Part shown: positions 46,701 through 58,790 of the stretch, piece by piece
Layout of the letters: each line of letters opens with the position of its first letter
Numbering within the stretch: the first letter of the stretch is position 1
Assembly (NCBI GenBank): GCA_012026655.1
Contig: JAAILG010000593.1
Location: 1 to 64,000 of the forward strand
Source: Hydrolagus affinis
Lineage: Eukaryota
Length of the DNA: 64,000 bases
Reading direction: 5' to 3'
Made by a program: the position numbers and the translations under genes
The notes under the pieces: model-generated
What the model was told of the DNA's origin: nothing
The model's input: only the letters and a program-made list of their open reading frames with translations
The model's database searches: none

Positions 46701-48629
46701 AGCAAAAACTCATCCCTTTCCCCCAAATGATTCTCTTCAAATGAATTCTACAACCACATTACTGCAGGTCAAATTTTATATTGATCAGAGTTAGTTGACA
46801 TCTGGAGTGGGGCCAGTTATGGAATCACTGTTGTAATTATTGGGCTTTAAGTAAATGATCATAAGCCAAGTGATTTCATTCTGGGAGATGATCACATTCC
46901 CCAATACTTGACACACAACCATAAACTACAATGTTGTCCCTGCAGGTAAAGAAGGATGTCGTTAAATGTTGAGACGGAATTGGCAGCTGTCCGCAAACCT
47001 TCTGCATAGTTTCCGTTGTCAAAAAGAAATGAAGCAAGATGGAGTGCACACAGTTAATGTGGTCAAACTCTTGGGCAATATGGGTGTTTTTTTTTAATGC
47101 TTAATCAAATTGTGACAATTCTAAATATGAAAGGATGTTGAGTTGCAATCTGAGCACAGTTACAGTTGAGTTACTTATTTTGTGTAACTGTAATGAGCAA
47201 TAATACTATTGTTACTCAGCAAACTGCAGGAGCAAATTTTCTATCTTCCCATGAATTACATGCTAAGCTTCGACTTTGCTAACCCTGCAATTGATTGTTG
47301 TTCTATTTTGTGCTTGAATTGGTGACTCCGTTTTCAAAAGTTAGACCCATTTTTTCACACCATTCATTGAATTGCAACTGCATAAATCTAACAGTGTGAA
47401 ATATGGATCATAAGCTATGTTTACATGGCTAATTACTTGTTAAGATGATTTATTGTATGTTCTTCAGTAACTGATAAAGCCAACAATTAGCTCAGTGGTT
47501 TGACAACTTCACTCGCCTTTATTTATTCCCGACATAAGTGATCTTGGCATATATTGTTTCTCACATGTGAGAAGTAACTGGAGAATTTGGAGAAGAAGAA
47601 AAGCAAATTAAAACTGTTAACAATAGCACACTTGATTAGATAAATGTGGTGCAATTGTGCTCTTGGAAAGACTGGAGGTATTGGTAAGATAATAATGTAT
47701 TTTCTGAATAAACTCCAGTATTAATCACTTCAGCTGATTTGTATCTTGCTTTTCACTGGTGTTATTGGTGTGTAAAACTAGCTGGGTGAAAATTCTGCTT
47801 TAAAGGCATGCAAGTTTGCAAAAAAAAAAGGACTCGGAAGATGGAAATGTTTGTGACAGTGACAAATGGCCAAGGTATATAGTTTTCTCATAGCTTCATG
47901 ACATGGGAATCAATTCTCGTCTCCACTCAATAAAAAAAAGCCTCCTGAGGAATCTATGTGCCACACAGTGCAATTACATGTGAATGGTTTAACCCTCTCT
48001 GCAAAGGTTCTTGTATGCTTATCTGCCTTATTACACTGTGCAGACTTGTTGGAAAATTATTCCATTGATTTGATAATCATAGAAATAATAGCACTTTTCT
48101 GTATTTACCAGGTGCTGTCTTTTGCCAATACTATTACTTTGGTATTGAAGATCAGTCAGTATTCAATAGGCGAGTGAATACCATATTACAGCTTCAATGA
48201 TGCAAGCATAGCAATGCTTTTTGCTATCCTGCCAATGCTACATCACTATTCTATCCGAAAGAGTTTTCAACACTTTTGACTTTACTTCCTGTGTTAGTAA
48301 TTGAGTTATTATGATGTACATCATATGTATATGATATAATATCATGTATGTATATAAATGTAAGGATTATTAGTATATTATTATATTATGAGCATTATAT
48401 TTGTATGTTGAAGTGGCGATGAGATAGAGGAAATAACTCCTCAAATGTTATACCAAGAATATTTGTTTTGTTTTCAGGAAAGTCTTGTTAACAGGTAAAT
48501 GCAAAAGATTAAACCATCTAGGTAAAGAAACAGAAGCGTTTGAAATGCTTATTGGTGCAAATGTACAGTGTTCTCCTAAAATTGTCAATGGTTCACAATC
48601 TTTGGAAATTACAACAATCTATAGTTTAT

Positions 48630-48830
48630 TCGGCAATAGAGAGGGTGCAGAGGAAAACTATGGTGGTACCAGGGATGAGTGATTTGATCTGTACGACTGG
48701 AGGAACTGGGACTTTATGCAGTTTGGGGAAAGGCCAGCTAATGGGACTGAAAGGATTATTTTCGAGGGAGACAGCACCAACATGAGGGTTCCAATGGCTG
48801 CCTTTTGTCACATAAATTTCTATGGTTCTG
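48630..48830 (+). mobile_element. CR1 LINE remnant
   Basis: AIERVQRK..MVPGM-like translation and a tail ending ttctatggttct. Confidence 0.6.
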
Positions 48831-49386
48831 TTTTCAACAATATGTTTATGTTTTAAGCAGAAAACCTATTATTAGATGATGCAAGGAGATAGCACAACGG
48901 ATTGCTACACATTCTGGAGACGACTCCTCAAACTGTTGATTTAAGGAGTAGAACCTAACAGAGACAATATGTCTTCTCACAGAAGGAGGCAATATGAGAG
49001 GAAGAACTGGTGTGATCCACTAACCCAGCTGTTCACTGTCAGTTTAAAGCTCACCATGTCTTCCACTGCCAGGCTGTGATTGCAGTTAGTTTATTTATAC
49101 AGAGTGAAGGGAGACCTGGTGGAGAAAACAGAGTCCCTCAAAGGAAACAAATAAAATTGTGCAATGTTAGAAAATAACCTAGAATATTTCAGGTGCTCTA
49201 ATTTATTGTCTAAACATTATTAATATGCAATTCACATTTGATTATACCTTGAGCACTTCAGTGTTCCTCATCCATAGTGAAGTAAATGGTTGCATAGAAT
49301 ATCTTTTAATGTAGGTGAACTACTACTTTCAGACAAGCTGGTTAGTCCTTACTCACCTGAACTGCTGATTTCTCAGTAGCTGATAC

Positions 49387-49500
49387 AATAATAATAATTC
49401 TTGCATTTGACTTAGTGCCTTTTCATGCCTTCCAGATGGTTCAACGTGCTTCACGGAATATACTATAAAATTAATTGGCTCTACATTTTGTGGGCAAAAA
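49387..49500 (-). mobile_element. Deu-SINE 3' remnant
   Basis: aataataattcttgcatttga...gcttcacggaatatactataaa...ttttgtgggcaaaa. Confidence 0.8.
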
Positions 49501-51029
49501 TAATTCCAATGTGATCCATTACCTTCAAAAAATTAAACATTCATGACACAGGCTTTCTTTGAAAGAGTGGAATGAATAAAAACAATTCCCCGTGTCTTGT
49601 TCAGCAATTGATGGACTTCTGAGTTAGCAGCAAGGATGCAATTTTTATTAACATATATAAAGATATCAGCAGACGAGAAAATATGCTTAACGCTTCATGT
49701 ACACTAACTTAAAAACTAAATTTGAAGTACTTGGAAGATTTTAATACATTGATTCACAAAATGGTTAGGACCTTTAGGAATTTAGGTAAGTAAGAGGGAC
49801 TATTCTGCAGATTTGTTATGCACTGTAATGTTCACCTTGCAGTTTCAAGACAGTTACTGATGGATAAGGATCCTCCTACCATACATAATTTGCCATTGAT
49901 TGGTTCAGAAAGGCTATAAAGAGAGTTAGTGTGAGAACCGGGAAATCTTATCCCTTGCACAGCACTGGAGCAGATTCATAGAAAGTTTATTCTGCTTGTT
50001 ATAACTGATATAACTGCTATAACTTATGTGGAATACCTTCATAGCATAGTAACCAATTTCTCAGTACTGATATTCATCAACTTAATCAGCACACAAATTC
50101 ATCCAAATTTTAAAGAAAAGTGTAAAATGAACTCTGGTTTTTCCAACTATATCATATTGTTTTGTAACCAATGCATTTGGTTGTTATCAACCTTTTAAAA
50201 TTTTAATTCAAATATGTATTATGCAATGATTTATCCATCCTTGGCATGGATCAAATACATGGACAACCATGCTTCAGTTTGTGTGGGAGATGAAACAAAG
50301 AGCAGCAGCTATTTTGGTCTTATTGCAATGATGCTGAAATGAGGCAATGATTGTATGATCATATGTGATTGATGGATATTCATTAGCTGTTCACAAACAA
50401 GTTTCTTTTTAATATGAAGGTGCAACTTTTATTTATTAAAAAGAACCAGGAAATAAACAGTTAATTAATGCAATTCCCCTGCAATATGTATTCTTGGTCT
50501 AAGCTTGAATGTTGAGTAGACATCATGAGCAGAGTCCCTTATTCATAGAGAGAAAGCAACAATGATGCACAAACTGAAGACCTCATGTTTTTCAGCTGCA
50601 CATTTCTAACTCGCATTTTGATCTTTGTTTTCCTTTAATATAAATGATTTCAAATTCACCTGGAAAAACAACAACAACAAATTCCATTAATATACCACCT
50701 TTCATGTCACTTTGCACCCAAGCTGGTAGTTAAATCAGCACATAATTGAAATCCATAGAGTGTGCAAAATGATTCACTTTAATTTATTTGTGATATTCCA
50801 AACCCATCACAGATGAAGGTGGTGGTGGTTGTGTTGATTCCAGGTCCATTGATGTTCTGTCCGCTGCCTGTCAGACATCAAGGCCAGGATGAGCCACAGT
50901 TTTCTGCAAGATGGAGCAATTCTCCTTTGCTCCTGTCATTGTCTCCTCACATCAGGCTCTGACCTCTCTGATGCCTCTCTCAAACTCATCGAACCAGTGC
51001 ACAACCTTGGCATCTGGTTTGATATTCAG

Positions 51030-51210
51030 CATTTTGGTTAGGTGGGAAGGAACAATTTTCGAATTGTATCTTTACACCCACCTGAACAGGTAGACATATA
51101 ACCTAAAGGACAGCACTCTCAGAAATGCAACTTTCGCCCAAAATTCCAATGTGGAGCTTGAAACCATCTGCTGACTCATAGGCTGGAATGTTATCAACTG
51201 AGCCAGGCTT
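51030..51210 (-). mobile_element. Old SacSINE1-like SINE, 5' part
   Basis: atctttacacccacctgaacaggtagac...aaggacagcac...gagcttgaaacca...ctgactcatagg...atcaactgagcca. Confidence 0.65.
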
Positions 51211-51664
51211 GTATTCCAGAGGTGTGCTATCTGTAAAATGGCCAGTTTAGTCTTGAGATGGAAAAGAGAATCATGTGGAGCATTTGTTGGAGAAGTCAAA
51301 GTTAATAGCTATGCTGATAAGCCATCCCTTGCTGTGGCTGGAAATTGATCTGGTCTGCAAAAGAAAGAAATGTGCTTCATTTAAAGTGACTGAAGCAAAT
51401 AACCAGTGTGATTGTTTTCTGGGGGATAATTTACAGCAAAGTGACCCAGCCATTCATCAAACCAAATAGACAAATTTTCTCTTATGCTTTTATTTTAAGT
51501 TGGATGGCAGTGGAAGGTTAATGCACTTTTACAAAAAAAATAAGCTGGCAATTAACATTACTGCTCTTCTCGTGTCTAATGAATGGCCATAAACCCTGAG
51601 AGTAAACTTGACTTTTTATTGATATTCGACTACTTTTCTAACTTAGCATTCAGTCACACAAGGG

Positions 51665-52028
51665 TCAGCTTGATTCAGGTGGTAGCTCTGTGTCAGAAGG
51701 TGGTGTGTTCAGCACCATTTGGAGAGTTGAGCCTACAATCCAGGTTCACACTCCTGGGCAGCGTTCAGGCAGCCCTATATTGTTGTATGGCAGTCGTGCA
51801 GTTTAATATGAAAAGTCTCATGACACTATTCAAAAAGAGAAGGGGGTTATGCCTGGCACCATGCCTGTTATTCCTCTGGATTAATTGATCATTCATTTCT
51901 GGGACCTTGGTGTGCATAAAATGGCAATCTGCAAAGCTCTTTGAGATGTCCCCCTGACATGGAAGGTACTATATGAAGTGCTATTCAAATATAATTTTGT
52001 TGTTGTTGTGAGGATTATTATTATTATT
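51665..52028 (+). mobile_element. Old SacSINE1-like SINE with composite L2/SINE tails
   Basis: cttgattcaggtggtagctctgtgtcagaaggt...gacactattcaaaaagaga...gtgtgcataaaatggc, ending (gtt)n then (tat)n. Confidence 0.65.
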
Positions 52029-53198
52029 GAGATTCCTGACGGAAACTTAATTTCCGTAATTTGTACCATGGATTCCAGATTTGCTTTGCAAACCCTAATT
52101 CTACTTCAGATCTATCAGTGAAAAGTAGCTGTTAAACAGCTTGCCTATAAAATGCTTGCCTGAAAGGAAGAGTTACAGCATAGCAATGTTCAATGTGCTC
52201 CATCCTTCCTTGAGATCAAGTCTTTCATAGAATATGAAAGGTTTTTTTTACCAACTAAGCAAAATATGGGAAACTATATTAAGTGAATGGGACTGTTTTG
52301 GATGAATAAATTGTGGTCTTCCTTTCATATGAATTGTTTCAAATATGCTATAGTTATTGTAACTGGATTGGATGGGATGAGGTAAGGTCACAACAACAGA
52401 AGATGGTTACAGTGACAGAAACTGCCCAGCAACTCTTTTCAATAGTATTACCCGAATTTCAGGGTCAATCATAAGCTCATGGCTAAAAATAGCAAACTTT
52501 TTACAATGTCTGTAATGGAAGATGCCATCATAAAGTCAGAGAGTGAAAAGATTGCAATATGTAGCAGTCAATGTATGATAAGCTCCAAGAAATTTAAATG
52601 TTTGTACTGCTGGATCTGTCAGTCTTGACTTAAGTTACAGTTAAATAACATACTACAATACTATGCTTCTTGAAAGTACTTATGCTGACCTAGATCTCAA
52701 CATTGCAAACCTATTAGCCTCCTGAAATTTGTGCAAATTATTGCCAAGCAAACGATCATCATACCAAAGTGATTGAAAGGTTAGCATGAAGGTCTCACTT
52801 CTATGACAAGATACTTTGGTAGCTTTAGAAAAGCATTGAATACCTGAAATGAAATTGTCTATGAATGGATTTTTAAAAATCTGTTTGCAGTGATGTGTTT
52901 CTACTGGGAATGTACATCAGGTAGACAGCCCAGAATGCCGACTGTTCTGAAAGGTATTATATTAATAGAATCTGTGAAATTAATGTGTATTTTTATACAC
53001 ACTTGGGAAAAACCTGGTGAGAACTACTGACTCAGAACTGTTTTCTTTAAGTAACAGGCCACAGTTGAGGAATTGTAGAACTGTTATAATTTGCAAATTG
53101 GAATGAACAATTTGTACCCCATGGTTTTATGATTCCATCTTTTCAAGGCATTAGATTTCATTATTAGATTAATTCAAGGCATTAGATTTAGCATTAGA

Positions 53199-53608
53199 TT
53201 TTGCCCACAAATATACAGTCAATTCACTTTACAGAATATTCTGTGAAGCACTTTGAGATGTCGATAAAATGTGAAAAGCGCTACATCAAATGCAAGGATT
53301 ATTATTATTATTATTAGATTCCCTTTCACTTCTACTGCAGTACATTATGTTTTGCCCACAAAATATACAGTCAATTTGCTTTACAATATCTTCTATGAAT
53401 ATATGAGATGTCTCAACAACATGATCAAACACTATATCAAAAGCTATTATTATTATTCTCTGTTACTTTACACAAGTCACCATTGGAATTCACTGTTATG
53501 TTTGCCTACAGATATGGTCACTACACTTTACAGTAAATCTTGTGACATGTTTTGAACTATTTTGATGATTTGATAAGGTGCTATATCAAATTCAAGATTT
53601 ATTATCAT
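53199..53608 (+). mobile_element. Three head-to-tail Deu-SINE 3' fragments
   Basis: Each starts near tttgcc(c/t)aca (~53199, ~53350, ~53501) and ends in a tatt/tatc tail. Confidence 0.85.
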
Positions 53609-53654
53609 TTCAGATTAAGTTTATTTAGAAACAGTACCTCCAGGCCCCACACTC

Positions 53655-53935
53655 ATTGCCTGGCTGTGCCATTGACAGAAGCTGACTTGTTGATACTGAA
53701 CTGTACAGATCCGGAATGGCCCCCAGGTTAGATCCATGGTCTGTGCTGATTTTGCTGATCTCATCGGAGGCAGCAGAATGGATGCTAAAATTGGACACAA
53801 GGCTTGGGAGGATATGAATCTACCAATGTTCCCATTCCTGAATGCTGCCTAGTGACCACTATTGGAAATTTCCTAACTTGCCTTCAATGTTCTCTTTGGA
53901 ATCAGTCATAAAGTATGCCACTTTGGTAATGTAAT
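53655..53935 (+). mobile_element. Ancient SINE remnant (AmnSINE2-like, from recalled consensus)
   Basis: tactgaactgtacagatccggaa...cccaggttagatccatggtctgtgctgattttgctgatctca...gctaaaattgg...cccattcctga...agtgacc. Confidence 0.55.
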
Positions 53936-53939
53936 ATTC

Positions 53940-54368
53940 CAACCTCCTCTCACCTCAACCTTCATGGTTCTGTCCATTATGGGTTCAGATCATCCTTCCA
54001 CAGCCTTTCTGCTTCCCATCTCTGTGACCTGTTAACCCCATATCAATCTGTCCGCTCTCTCCGCTCAGCAGGCTCTGGACTACTCCACATATTCCACCCA
54101 GCCAGCCCCACCATCGGCATTCAGGCCTTCAGCCTCTCAGACCCCACCATTTGGAACTCCATCCCACAATCCTTTTGTTTTGTTCTCTCCTTTGCCTCCT
54201 TGAAGCATGTCTCAAGACCCACCTCTTCAAACATGCCTTAGGCCATCCTCCGACCCCTGCCTTCCAGCCCTTCTAATCCCAACCACCTGCTCAGGTCCAA
54301 ATTCTTGATGCCAGCACCTTGGGACATTGTCTTGACATGAATTGAGCAAAACTAATATAATTTGTGGT
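53940..54368 (+). mobile_element. L2 LINE 3' end
   Basis: tatcaatctgtccgctc...ccatcgg...cagcctctc...tggaactccatccc...tctcaagacccacct is shared with the L2 at 4335-4866. Confidence 0.8.
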
Positions 54369-54809
54369 TTGGGAAGCTCCTGCTTGCAGAGCATACTTTA
54401 TCACAAATCATTGCCTTCAGGAGAAGAGAGGAAGGGAGGAAAGTAGAAGAAAAAAAGTAATCACAACGTTTTGGATTCTGTTGGCCTCAGTAAAATGACG
54501 GAAAGGTAGTATTGGGGAAAGAAACTTGTCTTAAATGAAGTTTTTGCCAGTTAGATTAAAAAAAACACACAAAAAGTATTGGACTGGAGCAGTACACAGT
54601 AACGTGCTCTGGGGACTTAAGCATACAATAGATTTAGAACAGATTGCACCATCCACCTGACATCTCCACGCACTGTGCAACCCAGTGCGTAATCCAGCAA
54701 AAGTTTTGTAACAAATGCTATCTGTAGCAAGCTTGACTTTTCCCCTTTGAATCTTTTGCATATAAAAAGCAGCCAGTTTTCATTGTGTAATGTTCTGCAG
54801 TCTCTTGAA

Positions 54810-55260
54810 ACAATTAGGCAATGCTTGCCATGGCAACGTGTGTGTTTGAGACAGAAGCTGATGCTGTGTTACGCACACACACGCAGAGAGTAGATGGTAA
54901 ATTTGGGATCTATTTTGTTCATTGGTTTGTGTGAGTTCAAAGGCAATCTAGATGCAGCAGATTTCTGCCATTGTTTGTCACTGTTAATGAACTCGGCATA
55001 GCACAGTTGCAGGAAAGCCTTGAGATTGGCCTATTAAAACCGAGGTGAAAGCGAGCAGTCAAGAGTATAAAATTATTCTAAAAATTCCAGCTGAGCTGCC
55101 TGCAGTCCTGCACTCCACTAGCTTTATCCAGCTGAACAGCAGCAATAGGCTATTACAACAGTAAATGACCTTTCTGTTTATTCCGGGTTATAATTATAAT
55201 GGAACCATCCTAAGAGCTCACATGGATTACACTTAATTAGCCCAGAAAAATAGCACTATT
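54810..55260. promoter_or_regulatory. Candidate conserved non-coding element / enhancer
   Basis: No recognisable repeat. Contains palindromic X-box CTTGCCATGGCAAC (54824-54837), TTCAAAG, CATTGTT and TAATTA motifs. Motif-based only. Confidence 0.35.
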
Positions 55261-55885
55261 TTTAAGAGCAATGGTGTTCTTCTTCATCTTTTGAAGATGT
55301 AGAAAATGCCAATTTGTAGAAGAGCAGAATCGATAAATAATTCATGGCCTTGAACTGATGGGCAGCTCAGTACGCTTTCATGAAAATGAGATTGGATGCA
55401 TGGAGAAAAGGTGATTTTCTAAATCTTTCCTTATTAAATAATACGTTGGAAAGAATCTTGAAAATGACCTAGATTGAATGGATAGATTGTGTAGAGTTAA
55501 ACATGTTTATCTGATTTGCTTAAGGATTATTTTTGCACCAACCACAATGTTCCGTCCCATTAAGGAACAATGCATCAAATACACACCAAACATTCCCTCT
55601 TCAATAAAGTTGGACCCATTCAAGATATGTTGGCATTGGTTTCTAGCATAATTTAAAATGCATGAAATAGTTCTTTAAAGGAAGTTACAGTAGTCTATTA
55701 TTTTGCAGAATTTAAATATTTTCACCTGTATGGAAAGATATATTTGTTAAAATTACATTATTTTCTTCACCAGACCTGTAAAGTTCAATGAATTAGTTGA
55801 ATTCAAATATCTTGCAATTGAAGTAAAGAATTGGTTTTGAAAATGCATCACACTGTACATAAACTAATTTTAGACAAATTAAGCA

Positions 55886-56175
55886 ATAACAACTTGCATT
55901 ACAGGGTCTTTCACTCTGGAAAGCTTCCCAGAGTGCTTGACAGTGGTGGAGTCTTACGATAAAGAAGGAAGGTCTTTTGGCAGGATTTGAAAGTGTTGAG
56001 GGAGGGGGCGAGAGTAAGGGATTAAGGTTGGGCATTCCAGAGCTTCAGGGAGTGGTGGCTGAAAGCACCACCACCAATGGAAGCTGAGGGACTGAAGGAT
56101 GAACAGGAGGCCGAAACTGGCCAAACAGAGTCAGCGTGTGGTGGAGTAGATTGGATAGGTAGGGAGGTACAAGAG
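55886..56175 (-). mobile_element. L2 LINE 3' remnant
   Basis: aacaacttgcatt...cccagagtgcttgacagtgg...cattccagagc...ggctgaaagcaccaccaccaatgg. Confidence 0.7.
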
Positions 56176-57264
56176 CAATATTTCACAGCATGACTTTTTG
56201 AAAAAAAATCTTGAGTTCCCTATCCATACAATTGTTGTCTTGGTTATCACCCAGGTTTTCAGCTCTCACAATATTTGAAACCTTGACTAATTGTGCGGTC
56301 GACTCAGAGATGTAAACACTTTTCTGGTGTTTAGACTTGGGATGTGCCACATTTCCTACCCCTCCCTTGTATCTGACTATTGGCAGATCAACAAATACAG
56401 AATTGTCAAAGGACTTTGAGGTTGGTGGATGTACATAAATAGGTTTCTACAGCTTGATAAAATACTAACTATAAAAAGAATTTAGAGGGACTGATTGACC
56501 AATGCAATTTAGATTAGTAACAAAAGGAAAGCACAGTCCTCCCTCTCCCTTCACCTTTGATATGAATTTTTCATCAAATTCCAATTCATGTTTTCTGAAA
56601 CAACTTGACTTGAGAAAGTATCAATGCAGGTGCCACTGTCTCCTTTTTAAAGGTTGTGTGCATGGTTTAGAATTTTGCTTCCAAATGCAGTGTGATGATA
56701 GCCACAGCAGTAAGCCTCTCAGCAATGTGAAGTTTAAAACAATATGGTAGAAACTAAAATTATATCTTGAACAAAGTTGTGAAAGTATCTTCCCTGAGAC
56801 CTACATAAATGCCAATTAAAACAGTCACTAAACTTGACAGTAATTACTTTAAAGTGCTTTGAAATGTTTCCACTTGATAAGGCACCATAAAATGTAACTT
56901 CTTTCATACATATATAAGTAACACATGACCCTTTGTGAGTATGTATATAGTAAGGGTAGAATGGAATATAATGAACAGAGGGAGTAATTGGAATGTCAGA
57001 CTGAGACTCACCCATTCCAAATAGCAGAGGGAGCTTGATGGACTGAATAAATGACCTACTCCCATTCCTGTATTGTTTTGCTCCTCATTTTCTGGTGAAG
57101 TACACAGCCATTAATAACCAGCATAAGTGGGCTGGGAAAATTATACTTCACCTTCAAATTTAATTAGGTGCCTGGTTTCATCCCTTACAAGTGTGACTTT
57201 TAACTGCAGTCTATAATAAAGGTAATGCTTTCAAAGACTTTTTGTCCTATGCTTTGGATATTTA

Positions 57265-57345
57265 GAATAATATATAATCCTTGCATTTCATGTAGCGCTT
57301 TCCATGTCCTCTAGACATCTCAAAGCACTTCACAGAATATAGCAC
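57265..57345 (-). mobile_element. Deu-SINE 3' tail
   Basis: taatccttgcatttcatgtagcgcttt...gacatctcaaagcacttcacagaatata. Confidence 0.8.
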
Positions 57346-57590
57346 TTCTGCAGCCTGAGGGGTGAGGTAGTGGGTAATGTTGCGGAAGTGGTAGAAGGTA
57401 GGTCTTGGCACAGGTATGTGTGAGAAAGGACAATTCAGGGTCAAACAAGACACCCAGGTTCCTGACTGGCTTGGTGAGGTGGAGTGTGCATCCGTGGATG
57501 TTGATGCTGCCAGTGCCTGAGGTGCGGAGGTGCTGGCGTGAGCCGATCAGGAGGGTCTTGGTCTTGCTAATATTCAGCTGTAGGCAGGAA
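57345..57590 (-). mobile_element. L2 LINE internal fragment
   Basis: Minus strand resembles L2 RT segments (LNISKTKTLLI..., LGVLFDPEL, FYHFRNI). Confidence 0.7.
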
Positions 57591-57687
57591 CAACAACTTG
57601 CACTTCTTCAGTTTGCATTCACTCACCAAACCACTGGGGGCAATGCTCCAAATCACAGACTTAAATTAAACATTTAATTTATGTATA

Positions 57688-58212
57688 CAGGTAGACCCCG
57701 CTTACCGAACACCCGGTTACCGAAACTTCACTATAACGAGGGCTTCTATTTGTACCACTTCTCCACTTAACAAAGGCTGCTTTCACTATAATGAATGTTT
57801 ATACACACTTTAAATCTCACGGGCTTCTCATGCGCAGCTTCTCTCTGGTTGCCCCAGCAACACACACTCAGTCTTAGCGTGTCTCAGTTAAGCAGTGTAG
57901 TGCAGCCCTTGCCATATGGGAGGCGCTTAACCGGCAGGATGCTTCGTGGCTTCAATAATAAATAGTAAGTCGAGGAGTGGTGGGGATAGAGATAGAGATG
58001 AGGGGGGGATGGAGAGGGAGGGGAGTGGGGGGGTTAGAGAGATAGAGAGGAGTGGGGGGGATAGAGAGATAGGAGGATAGAGAAATAGAGAGGAGGGGGA
58101 TAGAGAGATAGGGGGGGATAGATAGAGAGGAGGGAGGATGGAGAGGGAGGGGGGATAGAGAGTGAGGGGATAGAGAGGGGGGCGGGATAGAGAGGGAGGA
58201 GAGGTCTACCTG
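57688..58212. mobile_element. Tigger-like non-autonomous DNA transposon with a purine-rich expansion inside its right TIR
   Basis: TA|CAGGTAGACC ... GGTCTACCTG|TA: perfect 10-bp TIR ends and TA duplication. Subterminal ttaccgaa and ttcactataa repeats. Confidence 0.85.
57976..58200. repeat. GA-rich low-complexity tract (gggatagagag variants)
   Basis: Almost purine-only on the + strand, with many GGG+ runs. Confidence 0.9.
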
Positions 58213-58237
58213 TATTGTTCTATATAAAAAAAATTGC

Positions 58238-58790
58238 GCGGGGTTTCAGCTGGGTGTCCAACATGTGCAGAAATCCATCACCATACTTAAGAATATCCAA
58301 ACCAAGCTGAGATTTCCATGCATCCCACCTCAATCAAAAGAGGTAGATTGTCAGAATGGATTGCGTACTCTCTCCATAGAGAGTGCATAGTTTTCTATTG
58401 ATATTGCTTTTCTACTGCTTGTTCAGCTAGGACCTCCCCACGCTTTAAGGTTTTGGCTTGCAGGTTTAACAGGAACTGAGTAGGATGACTTCCTGCCCTC
58501 AATGACTGGTCTGCCCTTCCAGGTCCTGTCACTGAAACAGGCTGGCGGCGCTGAAAACAGCAATGCCCTTGAATTCTGTGGACCCATCTGGCTTAGGAAC
58601 TGGACCAGTGAAACTACCACAGAGGGCTGGAGCACCAAAACTACCACAGAGGGCTGGCTTGATTCTGACATTCCATTACCGGGCCTGTCACCTTGGAGGC
58701 TGTTCATGTCCCAAGGAAAGCCTGCTTACCTCCCACCAAGGAGAATAACTTTCATGATGGAATGGCACAGTTGGCAACTTTAAGGGTTTA
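58238..58790 (-). mobile_element. Unclassified interspersed repeat, copy C
   Basis: Reverse complement is colinear with 30290-30865 and carries an internal 27-bp duplication (58611/58638). Confidence 0.85.

Noticed and set aside
49345-49385. Minus-strand exon ending at strong donor CAG|GTGAGT
   Set aside because: The upstream sequence is a SINE remnant, with no credible acceptor or reading frame.
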